64,000 nt of DNA from the sequence record NZ_CP024444.1; one strand, 5' to 3'. The number at the start of each line of letters is the position of its first letter. The stretch's first letter is position 1. Below the pieces are notes generated by a model, which ran no database searches, had not been told where the DNA came from, and saw only the letters and a list, made by a program, of their open reading frames with translations. Below, one piece after another: positions 29,143-40,523 of the stretch. Source of the DNA: a plasmid. A program made the position numbers and the translations under genes.

Positions 29143-29670
29143 ATGTCTTTTTTAAACCAGGTTAAAGGTTTATTTGTGAATGGCCAAAAGGTAGCTGATA
29201 TTGAAGAAGATTCAGTGATTGAAATTAGACCAAAAACGGTAAATGCCTCAGTTGGTAATGGATGTGTTAATCATGGTGTTCATAACAGCCCTAATAGTAA
29301 TGTAGTAAATAGCTTCATTGGGAACCAACGTATTCAAGCTAATTCTGTAGGTGCGGTTATTGGTGACAATGCAAATATCTGTGTTAATCAGTCAAAAGTT
29401 ATTGTCGATGGCTTTGAATACACCCTATCTGATTTTACTAATGATGAAGTGATAAAGATTGAAATTTATGGTGATATCGATGAGCTTAAAACAAATAGTG
29501 GTGATGCAGTCGTTAATGGTAATGTAAATAGCGTTAAAACACAAAGCGGCGATATTGAGATTATTGGTGAAGTTAACGGTGACATAAAAACTATGTCAGG
29601 TGATGTAAAAGTTAAGGGCAATATTCATGGTAAGGTTTCTACGATGTCAGGTGACGTTAAACATAGTTAG
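29143..29670 (+). CDS. Bactofilin-like (DUF583-type) beta-helical repeat protein.
   Basis: It has tandem units GDAVVNGNVNSVKTQSGDIEIIGEVNGDIKTMSGDVKVKGNIHGKVSTMSGDVK with G-x-V/I periodicity. Confidence 0.45.
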   Translation: MSFLNQVKGLFVNGQKVADIEEDSVIEIRPKTVNASVGNGCVNHGVHNSPNSNVVNSFIGNQRIQANSVGAVIGDNANICVNQSKVIVDGFEYTLSDFTNDEVIKIEIYGDIDELKTNSGDAVVNGNVNSVKTQSGDIEIIGEVNGDIKTMSGDVKVKGNIHGKVSTMSGDVKHS

Positions 29671-29693
29671 TTTCCGAACTATTTATTTTTAAC

Positions 29694-29718
29694 TAACTTT
29701 TAGCAAATATATAGGAGA
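29694..29718 (+). promoter_or_regulatory. Motif variant AACTTTTAGCAAATATATAGGAG before the ATG at 29724.
   Basis: The sequence matches the recurring motif with one substitution (GCAAA instead of GCGAA). Confidence 0.5.
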
Positions 29719-29723
29719 ATTGT

Positions 29724-30347
29724 ATGCAACATGAGCATAAAAAAACTACTTTAGCGGTTTCAGAGCAATGTAGTCAAAATGAACCGCTAGAACAAATAGC
29801 AGATGACTTTAGAAAATATATGGGCGCTGCCCCACGAGTCGAACATTATATGAGCGATGAAAACAATACAAGTATTAGCCTTGAACAGCAGAGCAAATTA
29901 TATGAAATTTGGCTTAATGATCCGCTTGAAATTGATGAAAACAATTATCACCCACTAGAGTGCTCAATTCTTATAGATTATACTACTAAATTAGCAGATA
30001 AATATGGCACGCTTGATAAGGCGTTAGATAAATATGGTGATTTAAAGCTTGCTATTAGTGAACAACACCGTAGTATAGCCATGGCTGATAAAATGGCAGC
30101 TCTCGCTTTACATCAGATGTTAAAAGTTAATGACACTCATGCAGTTATGCGAGTCGTTGACGGTTGGATTTATTACTATGTAACCGATAAAAACGAATAT
30201 ACCCAAGGTGTGTTTGTACTTGATGACTGCAATAGAGCGACACACAATACGAAAGTTGAAATAAGACGTGTCATCAGACGACTTGAAGATGAAATTGAAA
30301 AAGGTTTTTTAATTTTGTCTAATAGTTATAGCTATTTAGAAAATTGA
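29724..30347 (+). CDS. Hypothetical protein.
   Basis: It is an ORF carrying the upstream motif. Confidence 0.4.
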   Translation: MQHEHKKTTLAVSEQCSQNEPLEQIADDFRKYMGAAPRVEHYMSDENNTSISLEQQSKLYEIWLNDPLEIDENNYHPLECSILIDYTTKLADKYGTLDKALDKYGDLKLAISEQHRSIAMADKMAALALHQMLKVNDTHAVMRVVDGWIYYYVTDKNEYTQGVFVLDDCNRATHNTKVEIRRVIRRLEDEIEKGFLILSNSYSYLEN

Positions 30348-30384
30348 TATCTTAACCAAATTTAGAGACTTAAAATTATAGATA

Positions 30385-30414
30385 AAAACCTCACTAATTT
30401 TAGTGAGGTTTTTT
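30385..30414 (+). terminator. Rho-independent terminator.
   Basis: The hairpin aacctcacta-atttt-agtgaggtt is followed by a run of six T. Confidence 0.65.
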
Positions 30415-30668
30415 ACGTATTTTATAATTAATCAACTTTAAAACTATATTGGTAGTTTTTTACTTGTCCATTCACAGTCACATTGTCTAAGTTGACCGTA
30501 TAGTTTACGCCATACTCAAAGTCAGGGAATAAGAAGGACAGATTATTGGGGACACCCTGGCTTTGAGTGTCAAATAAAATGCCTGTTGGGAGATTGCAAG
30601 AATTTTTGTGTAAACCTAAAAATAGACCCAAATTAGCGATTAGTTAAAAAGCAAACAAATATTCTATA

Positions 30669-31262
30669 TTAATACCCCTCCACCCGATGACCGTATAACA
30701 TCACAAACTGTCTCATTGCAGGTTTCCAATCTTTAATCGGCATCGTCCATTTCTGCATCGTATTGATAAGCGCCATATAAATTGCCTTAAATACCGCATC
30801 ATCATTCGGGAAAGTCTTTTTGGTGCTCGTCACCTTTCTTAAACTGGCATTCAATGATTCAATGGTATTGGTGGTATAAATCACCCGTCTGATGTCTTTG
30901 GGATAATCAAAGAACGTGGTTAATCGCCCCCAGTTTTCTTGCCAGGACTTGGATATCTGTGGATGTTCGCCGTCCCATTTTTCAGCAAAGGCAAGCAAAT
31001 TATCTTCCGCTTCAGCAAGGGTATCCGCCCCGTAAATGGTTTTTAAATCAGTCGCTATTTCTTTTCTTTGTTTATAGCTGACATACTTCAATGAGTTTCT
31101 AACTTGGTGGACAATACACAGTTGAACCTTGGTTTTAGGAAATACCGTTTCAATTGCTTCAGGAAAGCCTTTTAGTCCATCACAGCAGGCAATAAATATA
31201 TCATTAACCCCACGGTTTTTAAGCTCGTTCATTACTGAAACCCAGAACTTGGCCCCCTCATT
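30669..31262 (-). pseudogene. IS256-family transposase, C-terminal fragment.
   Basis: The stretch NEGAKFWVSVMNELKNRGVNDIFIACCDGLKGFPEAI is a conserved block of IS256 (mutator-type) transposases. Confidence 0.8.
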
Positions 31263-31341
31263 CTATAATACTCCCAGAAAATTAGACCAAAAATTCGTAG
31301 CAAATAAGATAGAATAACCTTTAGAAAAAGAGGTCTATCTA

Positions 31342-31632
31342 ATGACAAAAGTTCGTAAACGTCACAATGCTGAATTTAAAAGCAAAGTTGCTGTTGAAGC
31401 AATTAAAGAGCAAAAAACAATCAATGAACTGACCGCAGAATATGGCGTACATGCAACCCAAATCAGCAACTGGAAAAAGCAAGCCTTGGCTGTCATACCA
31501 AGTGCCTTTAACACCAAACAGCAAGACAACGAACAAGCCCAGCAAGCCACTATCGATGAACTGCATCGGCAACTGGGGCAAGTCATTAGCGAGCGAGACT
31601 GGCTTAAAAAAAAGTCCTCACAGCTCGCTTAG
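31342..31632 (+). CDS. IS3-family transposase OrfA (HTH).
   Basis: The start MTKVRKRHNAEFKSKVAVEAIKEQKTINELTAEYGVH is typical of IS3 OrfA. Confidence 0.8.
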   Translation: MTKVRKRHNAEFKSKVAVEAIKEQKTINELTAEYGVHATQISNWKKQALAVIPSAFNTKQQDNEQAQQATIDELHRQLGQVISERDWLKKKSSQLA

Positions 31633-31760
31633 AGGCTCGTAAACAACTGCTAGAGCCTAACAGCAAGGAGTTCAGTACTCGTAAGCAATGTGAGTTACTG
31701 GGTATCAACCGCTCAAGCCTGTATTATCAACCAAAGCCCATCAGCGAGCTTGATATCACC

Positions 31761-32504
31761 TTGATGAACCTGCTTGACAAGCAATATACCAAAGCCCCAT
31801 TTTACGGGGTCAAACGCATGACAGTGTATGTGAGACAATTAGGCTATAATGTCAATCACAAGCGAGTACGCAGACTATTGCGGCAAATGGGGCTAGATGC
31901 CATCTATCAGCGTCCTAACACCAGTAAACCCAATCCTGAGCATCAAGTTTATCCGTATTTGCTTAGAAATGTACCCATTACACGGTGTAATCAGGTATGG
32001 AGTACGGATATCACTTACATCCGCCTGTCTAAGGGCTTCGTTTATTTGATGGCGGTGATTGATTGGTACAGTCGTTATGTCTTGGACTGGTCGCTATCAA
32101 CGACACTTGAAGCAGATTTCTGCATTGATACGGTGGGTAAACTATTGCACAATGGGTTACGCTGTGAGATTTTTAATACGGATCAAGGCTCGCAGTTCAC
32201 CACGCCAAGATTTACCATGCCACTCATTGATTCGGGCATTGCTGTGAGCATGGATGGTCGTGGCAGGGCGTTGGACAATATCTTTGTGGAAAGGCTTTGG
32301 CGGTCAGTAAAATACGAGTGCGTGTATTTACGCCAGTTTGATACAGTCAGTCAAGCCAGAGTTGGTTTGAAAGAATATTTCGAGTTTTACAATCATGAGC
32401 GGTTGCATCAGTCGCTTGATTACCATACCCCTGCACAGGTTTATTTGAACAATAGTTCGGATAATACTGTGCTTTATCAACCCAATTCTATCTTAATTTT
32501 ATAA
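31761..32504 (+). CDS. IS3-family transposase OrfB (DDE integrase core), expressed by a -1 frameshift fusion with OrfA.
   Basis: It contains an rve-type integrase core with WSTDITY, DQGSQF and LDNIFVERLWRSVKYE. Confidence 0.8.
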   Translation: MMNLLDKQYTKAPFYGVKRMTVYVRQLGYNVNHKRVRRLLRQMGLDAIYQRPNTSKPNPEHQVYPYLLRNVPITRCNQVWSTDITYIRLSKGFVYLMAVIDWYSRYVLDWSLSTTLEADFCIDTVGKLLHNGLRCEIFNTDQGSQFTTPRFTMPLIDSGIAVSMDGRGRALDNIFVERLWRSVKYECVYLRQFDTVSQARVGLKEYFEFYNHERLHQSLDYHTPAQVYLNNSSDNTVLYQPNSILIL

Positions 32505-32668
32505 TAATTTGGTCTAGACATTGGGGAGTACCTTACTATTTAATTTAATTAGCACCAAAAATCACAAACGCTTTTTTTAGCACCTGTAAATTTTTTTACC
32601 TTCATAAAGCACTTTTTAATGCTGTTAATCCTATTATTAGCTTGTACTCTAGCATTTTAATAACTGGG

Positions 32669-33403
32669 CTATAAAGTACCCTGAAAATGATAGCGCTCAC
32701 CTGCATACCACATATTGACCACTGTAAGCACTTGGTCTTGCGATAACGTTTTACGGTTTAGCAATAACACCGGCGCACCAACTTCGATAGACAGAGCCTT
32801 TGCGATTACTTTATTCGCCAATTTAGCAGATATGGTGTATTCACCACCTTGTAAAGGCGCATGGGCAATTAAGTACTCACTAGTATTAACTTGGGTAAAA
32901 TCCTGCGCTAAAAAATCGCCTACCTTGCTGTGATTGACCCAACGCTCTTCAAATTGTAAAGGCACGTTGTCCGCAAAATGGATAATCTTTACAGTAGCAA
33001 TTTGGCTTTGATCCTTCTCTACAGGGGTACAAAACTGTGCCTGTATGCTATCAGGCAATTGTGAAAACTCAAGCAATCGTTGCTCCAAAACTTGCGCCTG
33101 ATATAGATGGTCTTGTGCTTGAATATCATGCGCAATATTTCGTATTTCAACAAAAGTGTGACTAAAATGTCGCTGTGTCACAAATGTGCCTGAGCCTTGA
33201 CGTCGCTCAAGCACGTTTTCTTCAGACAATTCCTTTAACGCTCGATTGACCGTCATACGAGACACCCCAAACTGCTGCGCTAAGGTAAGCTCAGGTGCAA
33301 TTGCTTCTCCAGCTTGCCATTCACCTTCATGAATCTTTTGTAAAATCATCTGTTTGATTTGTAGGTAGCGAGGAGTTTTTTTGCTCATTAGTAACAACCA
33401 CAA
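32669..33403 (-). CDS. hutC: GntR-family histidine utilization repressor.
   Basis: It has a GntR HTH (LAQQFGVSRMTVNRALKEL) with a UTRA-type C-terminus, and it lies divergent to hutH. Confidence 0.75.
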   Translation of the reverse strand: MWLLLMSKKTPRYLQIKQMILQKIHEGEWQAGEAIAPELTLAQQFGVSRMTVNRALKELSEENVLERRQGSGTFVTQRHFSHTFVEIRNIAHDIQAQDHLYQAQVLEQRLLEFSQLPDSIQAQFCTPVEKDQSQIATVKIIHFADNVPLQFEERWVNHSKVGDFLAQDFTQVNTSEYLIAHAPLQGGEYTISAKLANKVIAKALSIEVGAPVLLLNRKTLSQDQVLTVVNMWYAGERYHFQGTL

Positions 33404-33587
33404 TATTATTTAACGTAAAAATAGCCTTTGCCAGACTTGGCAAATTGACTTGATATGATACTGAGAAAATAGCAAAAAAAATACTTGCTAAACCAGTTAT
33501 AAGTTGATAATTTGTATATACAAATATTCATTTGTTTCCATTACAAGGACTGAACATGGAAAAAATCAACGATTTCAAGGGGTTAAT

Positions 33588-35144
33588 ATGACTGTGTTAA
33601 CTTTAATAACTGGTAAATTAACCCTTGAACAATTACGCCAAGTCTATGACCAAGACGTAACAATTGAGCTAGTGGCAAGCGCGTATGAGGCGATTGATGC
33701 CTCACGCAAAGCAGTTGAAGCAATCATTGCCAAAGATAAATCGGCTTATGGGATTAATACAGGCTTTGGTTTACTTGCCAAAACGCGTATCAGTGACGAT
33801 GAGCTTGAGCTTTTGCAGCGTAATTTGATTTTGTCACATTCGGTTGGGACTGGTGAGCGCTTACCTGATAATGTGGTACGTTTGATTATGGTGATGAAGG
33901 TTTCAAGCCTTGCACAAGGAATGTCAGGCGTACGACGTGAATTGGTCGATAGCTTATTGGGCATTATCAATCACAATATCATCCCCAACATTCCTGCCAA
34001 AGGCTCGGTAGGCGCATCAGGTGATTTAGCGCCATTGTCACACATGACTTTAGCTATGCTAGGTGAAGGCGAAGTGTTTGTTAATGGCAACAAACTATCT
34101 GCCAAACAAGCACTCAGTGATGCTGGGTTGCAGCCCATTACATTAGCAGCAAAAGAAGGCTTGGCGTTGATCAACGGCACCCAAACCTCAACTGCGCTGA
34201 CGCTACGTGGTTATTTTATGGCGCAAGACTTGGTGGCAACAGCGACGGCGGTTGGCTCGTTATCGATTGATGCTGCTAAAGGCTCGGATGCCCCTTTCGA
34301 TCCACGCATTCATCAAGCGCGTGGACATCATGGACAAATTGAGATTGCCAAAACCCATCGCCAGTTAATTGAAGGCAGTAAAATTCGTGCATCACACCAA
34401 GGCGACAACGATGACCGTGTACAAGACCCTTATTGTTTACGCTGTCAGCCCCAGGTCATGGGTGCATGTCTAGATTTAATCAACCAAGCTGGCAAGACCT
34501 TACTGATTGAAGCCAATGCGGTAACTGATAACCCCTTAATTTTTAGTGATAATAATAATCCTGTGGCGATTTCTGGCGGCAACTTTCACGCTGAGCCAGT
34601 AGCATTTGCTGCTGATATTTTAGCCTTGGCAATTAGTGAAATTGGCTCGATGAGTGAGCGCCGTGTGGCGTTATTGATTGATACCACGTTATCAGGTTTG
34701 CCGCCGTTTTTGGTGAACAACCCTGGCGTCAACTCGGGTTTTATGATTGCGCATGTTACGGCCGCTGCTTTAGCCAGTGAAAACAAATCACACGCCCATC
34801 CTGCGAGTGTTGACAGTATCCCTACGTCTGCCAATCAAGAAGATCATGTATCGATGGCAACCTTTGCTGGTAGACGCTTATTTGAGATGGCGCACAACAC
34901 CGCTACGATTGTCGCAATTGAGTTATTGGCAGCAGCGCAAGGCATAGATTTTCATCAGCAAGACGGTTTGACCACCTCCGCTTATTTACAAGTAGTTTAT
35001 GACAGGCTACGTCAACAAGTCGCCTATTATGATAAAGACCGCTATTTTGCACCTGATATTGAAGCGGCAAAGCAATTGGTGCTCAATGCTGAACTCATTG
35101 ATAATTGGGCGGCATTGCGCGAAAACTGGTTTTTAGCCAACTAA
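33588..35144 (+). CDS. hutH: Histidine ammonia-lyase.
   Basis: It has the MIO-forming [14 protein letters not shown] motif. The start was chosen at the ATG at 33588, which has an RBS. Confidence 0.85.
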   Translation: MTVLTLITGKLTLEQLRQVYDQDVTIELVASAYEAIDASRKAVEAIIAKDKSAYGINTGFGLLAKTRISDDELELLQRNLILSHSVGTGERLPDNVVRLIMVMKVSSLAQGMSGVRRELVDSLLGIINHNIIPNIPAKGSVGASGDLAPLSHMTLAMLGEGEVFVNGNKLSAKQALSDAGLQPITLAAKEGLALINGTQTSTALTLRGYFMAQDLVATATAVGSLSIDAAKGSDAPFDPRIHQARGHHGQIEIAKTHRQLIEGSKIRASHQGDNDDRVQDPYCLRCQPQVMGACLDLINQAGKTLLIEANAVTDNPLIFSDNNNPVAISGGNFHAEPVAFAADILALAISEIGSMSERRVALLIDTTLSGLPPFLVNNPGVNSGFMIAHVTAAALASENKSHAHPASVDSIPTSANQEDHVSMATFAGRRLFEMAHNTATIVAIELLAAAQGIDFHQQDGLTTSAYLQVVYDRLRQQVAYYDKDRYFAPDIEAAKQLVLNAELIDNWAALRENWFLAN

Positions 35145-35176
35145 TCAACATTGTTCACCCATTATAAGGACTTAAT

Positions 35177-36895
35177 ATGGAAAACTTCACCCGCCGTGAC
35201 GAAAGTCGTAACATCTTAGCGCCAACTGGCACGTCATTGACTTGTAAAAGCTGGCTGACTGAAGCGCCTTTTCGCATGATTCAAAACAACCTGCATCCTG
35301 ACGTCGCTGAAAATCCTAAAAGTCTAGTGGTATATGGCGGTATTGGACGTGCGGCGCGAAACTGGGAATGTTATGACCAAATTCTTGCATCATTAAAAGA
35401 ATTGGAAGATAACCAAACTTTGCTGATTCAATCAGGTAAACCAGTGGGTGTGTTTAACACTCACGAAAACGCCCCACGAGTGCTGATTGCCAACTCAAAC
35501 CTTGTGCCGCGTTGGGCGACTTGGGAGCATTTTAATGAGCTTGATCGTAAAGATTTGTTCATGTATGGGCAAATGACGGCAGGTAGCTGGATCTATATTG
35601 GTACTCAAGGGATTGTCCAAGGTACTTACGAAACTTTTGCCGAAGCTGGACGTCAGCACTACCCAAGCGAAACAGGGGATAACTGGAAAGGTCGTTGGAT
35701 TTTGACGGCGGGTCTTGGTGGGATGGGTGGTGCACAACCGCTAGCAGCGACATTTGCTGGTGCCACATCACTTAACATCGAATGCCAACAATCAAGCATC
35801 GATTTTCGCCTACGTACTGGCTACATTGATAAACAAGCGAAAGATTTGAATGATGCTTACCGCTTGATTAAAGAACATACCGAAAAAGGTGAGGCAGTAT
35901 CAATCGCTTTATTAGGTAATGCTGCCGAGATTTTACCTGAGATGGTAAAACGGTCACAAAACGCTTCAGCCAATGAAAAATGGCTTAAACCGGATCTTGT
36001 CACTGACCAAACTTCTGCACATGACTTGATTAATGGTTATTTGCCAATAGGTTGGACGGTTGAAGAATGGAAAGCCGCTCAACAAGACCCAGACCAGCAC
36101 GAACAGCTAAAGAAAGATGCCGCGCGGTCTTGTGCTATCCACGTTGAAGCCATACTGCATTTTCAAGAACTGGGTATCCCAGCCACTGATTATGGCAATA
36201 ATATCCGCCAAGTAGCTTTCGATGAAGGGGTCAAAAATGCCTTTGATTTTCCTGGATTTGTCCCTGCCTATATTCGTCCGCTATTTTGTCAAGGTAAAGG
36301 ACCTTTCCGCTGGGTTGCTTTGTCAGGCGACCCAGAAGATATCTATAAAACTGACCAAAAAATCAAAGAGCTGTTCCCTGACAATAAACACGTCCACAAC
36401 TGGCTTGATATGGCAAAAGACCGCATTCACTTTCAAGGCTTGCCCGCTCGTATCTGTTGGCTAGGCTTAGGGGAGCGGGATAAAGCGGGGCTTGCCTTTA
36501 ACGAGATGGTAAAAAATGGTGAGCTTAAAGCGCCGATTGTCATCGGTCGTGACCACTTGGACACAGGCTCGGTTGCCAGTCCGAACCGTGAAACTGAAAG
36601 CATGAAAGATGGCACTGATGCCGTGTCAGACTGGGCACTGCTGAACGGTATGCTTAACGTGGCAGGTGGCGCAACTTGGGTATCATTACATCACGGTGGT
36701 GGTGTAGGTATGGGCTACTCACAGCATTCAGGCATGGTCATTGTCGCTGACGGTACCGATGCTGCTGCCAAACGTCTTGCCAATGTGTTGGTCAATGATT
36801 GTGGTAGTGGTGTGATGCGTCATGCAGACGCTGGCTATGAGCTTGCCATTGAGACAGCAAAAAATTATGGCCTAAAATTACCCATGATTAAATAA
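35177..36895 (+). CDS. hutU: Urocanate hydratase.
   Basis: Its length and conserved N-terminus and core match urocanase. Confidence 0.85.
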   Translation: MENFTRRDESRNILAPTGTSLTCKSWLTEAPFRMIQNNLHPDVAENPKSLVVYGGIGRAARNWECYDQILASLKELEDNQTLLIQSGKPVGVFNTHENAPRVLIANSNLVPRWATWEHFNELDRKDLFMYGQMTAGSWIYIGTQGIVQGTYETFAEAGRQHYPSETGDNWKGRWILTAGLGGMGGAQPLAATFAGATSLNIECQQSSIDFRLRTGYIDKQAKDLNDAYRLIKEHTEKGEAVSIALLGNAAEILPEMVKRSQNASANEKWLKPDLVTDQTSAHDLINGYLPIGWTVEEWKAAQQDPDQHEQLKKDAARSCAIHVEAILHFQELGIPATDYGNNIRQVAFDEGVKNAFDFPGFVPAYIRPLFCQGKGPFRWVALSGDPEDIYKTDQKIKELFPDNKHVHNWLDMAKDRIHFQGLPARICWLGLGERDKAGLAFNEMVKNGELKAPIVIGRDHLDTGSVASPNRETESMKDGTDAVSDWALLNGMLNVAGGATWVSLHHGGGVGMGYSQHSGMVIVADGTDAAAKRLANVLVNDCGSGVMRHADAGYELAIETAKNYGLKLPMIK

Positions 36896-37065
36896 GCCCG
36901 ATTACTTAAAAGTCATTTTAGTAAAGTCGTTTTAATGGATTTGTCTTTACTAAATTTAAGATAACCTTAACTCGGGTATTTGGTGGCACGCTTAGTGGTT
37001 TGTTTACTTTATAAGCTCCAAGGCTGCTTTGTTAGTTGACAATGTTTTTATTAAGGAAATCATAT

Positions 37066-37740
37066 ATGCATTATTCACCAAAAAAAGATGGGCCTCGTAG
37101 TCATGGTCTTCCATATGACCCGTTTAAAAGTAGCGCTGTGCCCCGTCCTATCGGCTGGATTTCAACCGTGTCAGCGGATGGTAAACACAATTTAGCCCCC
37201 TATAGCCAATACCAAAATCTGACATGGGATCCACCGATGGTGATGTTTGTTGCCAATCAATCGGTGCTCGACAATGGTAAGAGCCGTAAAGACACGGTGC
37301 GTAATATTGAAGAAACAGGCTGGTTTGTGTGGAATATGGCAACCTACGATTTGCGAGAGGCGGTCAATCGCTCGGCTAAAGCTTTGCCTTATGGCGAAGA
37401 TGAGTTTGAATTTGCTGGTGTCACCAAGGCTAGTTGTCTTGAAGCCCCAGGCGCTAGAGTGGCGGAGTCACCGATTAATTTTGAAATTGAGTTTGTCCAA
37501 TCACTGCATATTCCGACAGGAAATCCTGTTTCTACCTTTGATTTAATCATTGGTCGGGTTGCGCATGTGCATATTAAAGATGAGTTTATTTTAGACGATG
37601 GTAAAATTGATATTTTATCCATTAAGCCTTTGGCGCGCTTGGGTTATTACGATTATACCTATGTGGATAAAATGTTTGAGATGAAAGCACCTGCAGCTAC
37701 GGCTGAAGAGTTAGCTGGTTTAGAAGGTCGTACTGATTAA
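37066..37740 (+). CDS. Protein with a flavin reductase-like FMN-binding split-barrel domain.
   Basis: The stretch RPIGWISTVSADGKHNLAPYSQYQNLTWDPPMVMFV fits the PF01613 pattern. Confidence 0.6.
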   Translation: MHYSPKKDGPRSHGLPYDPFKSSAVPRPIGWISTVSADGKHNLAPYSQYQNLTWDPPMVMFVANQSVLDNGKSRKDTVRNIEETGWFVWNMATYDLREAVNRSAKALPYGEDEFEFAGVTKASCLEAPGARVAESPINFEIEFVQSLHIPTGNPVSTFDLIIGRVAHVHIKDEFILDDGKIDILSIKPLARLGYYDYTYVDKMFEMKAPAATAEELAGLEGRTD

Positions 37741-37853
37741 ATTTTAATTTACTTAGTAAGACATTGGTACGCGATGGCTGATCAAGTATTGATTAAGCGA
37801 TAAGTTAATGCTTGGTCAGCTGATATATTGGTTGTCATTAAAAAGGAATTTCT

Positions 37854-39278
37854 ATGAACCAGCTGTCTACTGATATCCCCAAACAAGCTGTTTCTGCTGT
37901 GAATAGCGGTATTATTGAACACCGTACAATTGATTTTATCCCAGAGTCTGAGCGCCACGGCAGTCTATTTAGCCAGTTTACCTTATGGTTTGGCGCTAAT
38001 TTACAAATTACTGCCATAGTGACTGGGGCATTAGCCGTGGTGCTTGGTGGCGATGTATTTTGGTCAATTATTGGGCTGTTTATAGGTCAGCTATTTGGCG
38101 CATTTGTCATGGCTTTACATGCGGTGCAGGGTCCCAAACTTGGCTTGCCACAGATGATTTCAAGCCGTGTGCAGTTTGGTGTACTTGGCGCAGGTATTCC
38201 GATTGCTCTAGTGTGTGTGATGTACATTGGCTTTATCGCCACAGGGTCGGTGCTGTCGGGGCAAGCCTTATCAAAGCTGTTTAATATCTCCACAAGTATG
38301 GGTATTTTAATTTTTGCAGGGCTAATTATTATCTTTGCATCGCTGGGTTATCGTATTATTCATGTGATGGGGAAGGTCAGTAGTGTTGTTGGCGTATTGT
38401 CGTTTATTTATCTATTTGGGGCGATTTTTGCCAAGTCAGATATTAGCAGTTTACTTGCGGTCAATCATTTTAGCTGGACTTCATTTTTTTTGGCAATTGC
38501 CTTATCGGCTTCTTGGCAGATTTCGTATGGCCCGTATGTGGCGGATTATTCTCGTTATTTGCCCTCAAATACCGATGGCCGCAAGGTATTTTGGTCGGTG
38601 TTTTCGGGGACAGTCATCGGCGCACAGTTGGCGATGATTTTGGGTGTGTTTGTTGCCCAGTTGGCTCAAGGTAGTTTTTTGGGTCATGAAGTCAGCTATA
38701 TGGTAGGGCTGTCGAGTGCAGGGCTGATTGCGGTGTTATTGTATGCCAGTATTGTGGTGGGTAAGCTTACCATGTCTGTGCTAAGTGCGTACGGTAGTTT
38801 TATGTGTATGGCGACAATGGTAAGTGGGGCAAATGCTTCTATTAAATTTACCAAGATGCAGCGGATCGTGGTGGTAATATTGGTAGTTTGTTTTTCTGCA
38901 GGCATTGCACTGGTAGGGCAAGCTGAGTTTTTAAAACTATTTAAGAATTTTATTTTATTTCTTTTAACGTTTTTTATCCCGTGGAGTGCTATCAATCTAG
39001 TCGATTATTATAAAATCTCGAAAGGTCGCTATAATATTGAGGCACTGGGTGATGTCAATGGTCAGTATGGTAAATGGAATTGGGTGGGCTTGGGCTGTTA
39101 TATGGCAGGTATCCTCATTCAGCTTCCGTTTATTGATAGTCCGTTTTTTACAGGGAGCATTGCCAAAGCAGTGGGAGGGCTAGATTTATCATGGCTTGTT
39201 GGGTTGGTAGCAACAGGGATTTTGTATTACTTTCTCGCTAAGCGACAACGTGACAATACCACACTGTTGGTAAATTAA
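37854..39278 (+). CDS. NCS1-family (nucleobase/hydantoin:cation symporter) permease within the hut cluster.
   Basis: It has 12 transmembrane segments and an N-terminal FIPESERHGSLFSQFTLWFGANLQI typical of NCS1. Confidence 0.6.
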   Translation: MNQLSTDIPKQAVSAVNSGIIEHRTIDFIPESERHGSLFSQFTLWFGANLQITAIVTGALAVVLGGDVFWSIIGLFIGQLFGAFVMALHAVQGPKLGLPQMISSRVQFGVLGAGIPIALVCVMYIGFIATGSVLSGQALSKLFNISTSMGILIFAGLIIIFASLGYRIIHVMGKVSSVVGVLSFIYLFGAIFAKSDISSLLAVNHFSWTSFFLAIALSASWQISYGPYVADYSRYLPSNTDGRKVFWSVFSGTVIGAQLAMILGVFVAQLAQGSFLGHEVSYMVGLSSAGLIAVLLYASIVVGKLTMSVLSAYGSFMCMATMVSGANASIKFTKMQRIVVVILVVCFSAGIALVGQAEFLKLFKNFILFLLTFFIPWSAINLVDYYKISKGRYNIEALGDVNGQYGKWNWVGLGCYMAGILIQLPFIDSPFFTGSIAKAVGGLDLSWLVGLVATGILYYFLAKRQRDNTTLLVN

Positions 39279-39476
39279 AGATTGGGTAGCCCATCAAAAA
39301 GTATGCTGAATAAAAACAGGCTGAAACATTGATAGAAGTTAGTATTTTTTATATCAATAATGGATCTGCTTGACGTCAGCATATTTTTTAAAGCCCATCA
39401 AATAACAAATGTGACCTAAAAACTCTGACAACCGCACAATTATTGACAATGAGTTTAGCATAATTGGAAAAATAAC

Positions 39477-40508
39477 ATGGCACATGTGGAAGTAACCGAG
39501 TATAACCCAGACCTTTACACAGGACGCGCCGAGCCTTACGAGTCAAGTGTTGCTCAATACTGGTATCAACATATTAAGGCATTTAATAGCGACCAACCGA
39601 AAAAAATTGGCTTAGTAGGGTTTGCCTCCGATCAGGGGGTTAACCGTAACCAAGGACGTATTGGTGCGAAATACGCCCCTGATGCCATCAAAGCCGCCCT
39701 CGCCAAATTACCCGTGCCTTTATCAATCCAGAAACAAGGTGAAAAACTAACAAACTTAACAAACTTGGTCGGAGATATGGGCAATGTCGCTTGTGTTGAC
39801 GATGATACGATTGTCCCCGAAATTTTGGAATCGGCTCAACAGACTTATGCCAATCAAATCACTCATATCCTTGCTCAACATAGTCTTGCTATTGGCTTAG
39901 GGGGTGGACATGAAATCGCCTATGGCAGTTTTATGGGACTATGGCAGCATCTTACACAGACTGAAATAACCCTACCTACTATCGGCATTATCAATATTGA
40001 TGCCCATTTTGACTTACGTCAAGACCAGTATGCCACTTCTGGCACGCCTTTTCGCCAAATATCGGAACTTTTAGCTGAGCAACATCAAGATTTTTATTAT
40101 TTGTGTGTGGGTATTAGCCAGTTTGCTAACACAGCGGCTTTGTTTGAGCGAGCCGAAAACTTAAGTGTAAAAACAATTAGTGATGATGATTGTCATCGCC
40201 TTGACTGGTTCGCAATTGAACAGCAAATTTTAAATTTTATCGCCCCGCTTGAAGTGATTTATTTAACGATCGATATGGATGCTTTATCGGGATTTGTCAT
40301 GCCAGCCGTGAGTGCGGTGGCGGCAAAGGGTTTGAGCCTTGATTTTGTTGAGCGCTGCGTGTCGCTGATTATTGGTACTGGCAAAGTCAAGCTAATTGAT
40401 ATGGCAGAAGTCAGTCCGAAGTTTGATATCGATGGGCGAGGACTGAAAGTAGCCAGTCGTTTGCTTGCATTGATGATTGAACAGGTTTTAACTCTTACTA
40501 ACCCCTAA
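39477..40508 (+). CDS. hutG: Formimidoylglutamase (arginase family).
   Basis: It contains GGGHEIAYGS, NIDAHFDLR and DMDALS metal-binding motifs. Confidence 0.8.
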   Translation: MAHVEVTEYNPDLYTGRAEPYESSVAQYWYQHIKAFNSDQPKKIGLVGFASDQGVNRNQGRIGAKYAPDAIKAALAKLPVPLSIQKQGEKLTNLTNLVGDMGNVACVDDDTIVPEILESAQQTYANQITHILAQHSLAIGLGGGHEIAYGSFMGLWQHLTQTEITLPTIGIINIDAHFDLRQDQYATSGTPFRQISELLAEQHQDFYYLCVGISQFANTAALFERAENLSVKTISDDDCHRLDWFAIEQQILNFIAPLEVIYLTIDMDALSGFVMPAVSAVAAKGLSLDFVERCVSLIIGTGKVKLIDMAEVSPKFDIDGRGLKVASRLLALMIEQVLTLTNP

Positions 40509-40523
40509 TATAGGCAGGAAACG

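Larger units (their letters stand above)
31264..32534 (+). mobile_element. IS3-family insertion sequence, copy 1, 1271 bp.
   Basis: It runs from TATAATACTCCC to GGGGAGTACCTT. orfA (31342-31632) and orfB (to 32504) are joined by an A6G slippery site at 31604-31612. Confidence 0.8.

Noticed and set aside
30428-30631. 67-aa minus-strand ORF next to the IS256 left end.
   Set aside because: Its start lies inside the IS256 inverted repeat. There is no RBS and no continuation on the other side of the IS, so it is likely spurious.
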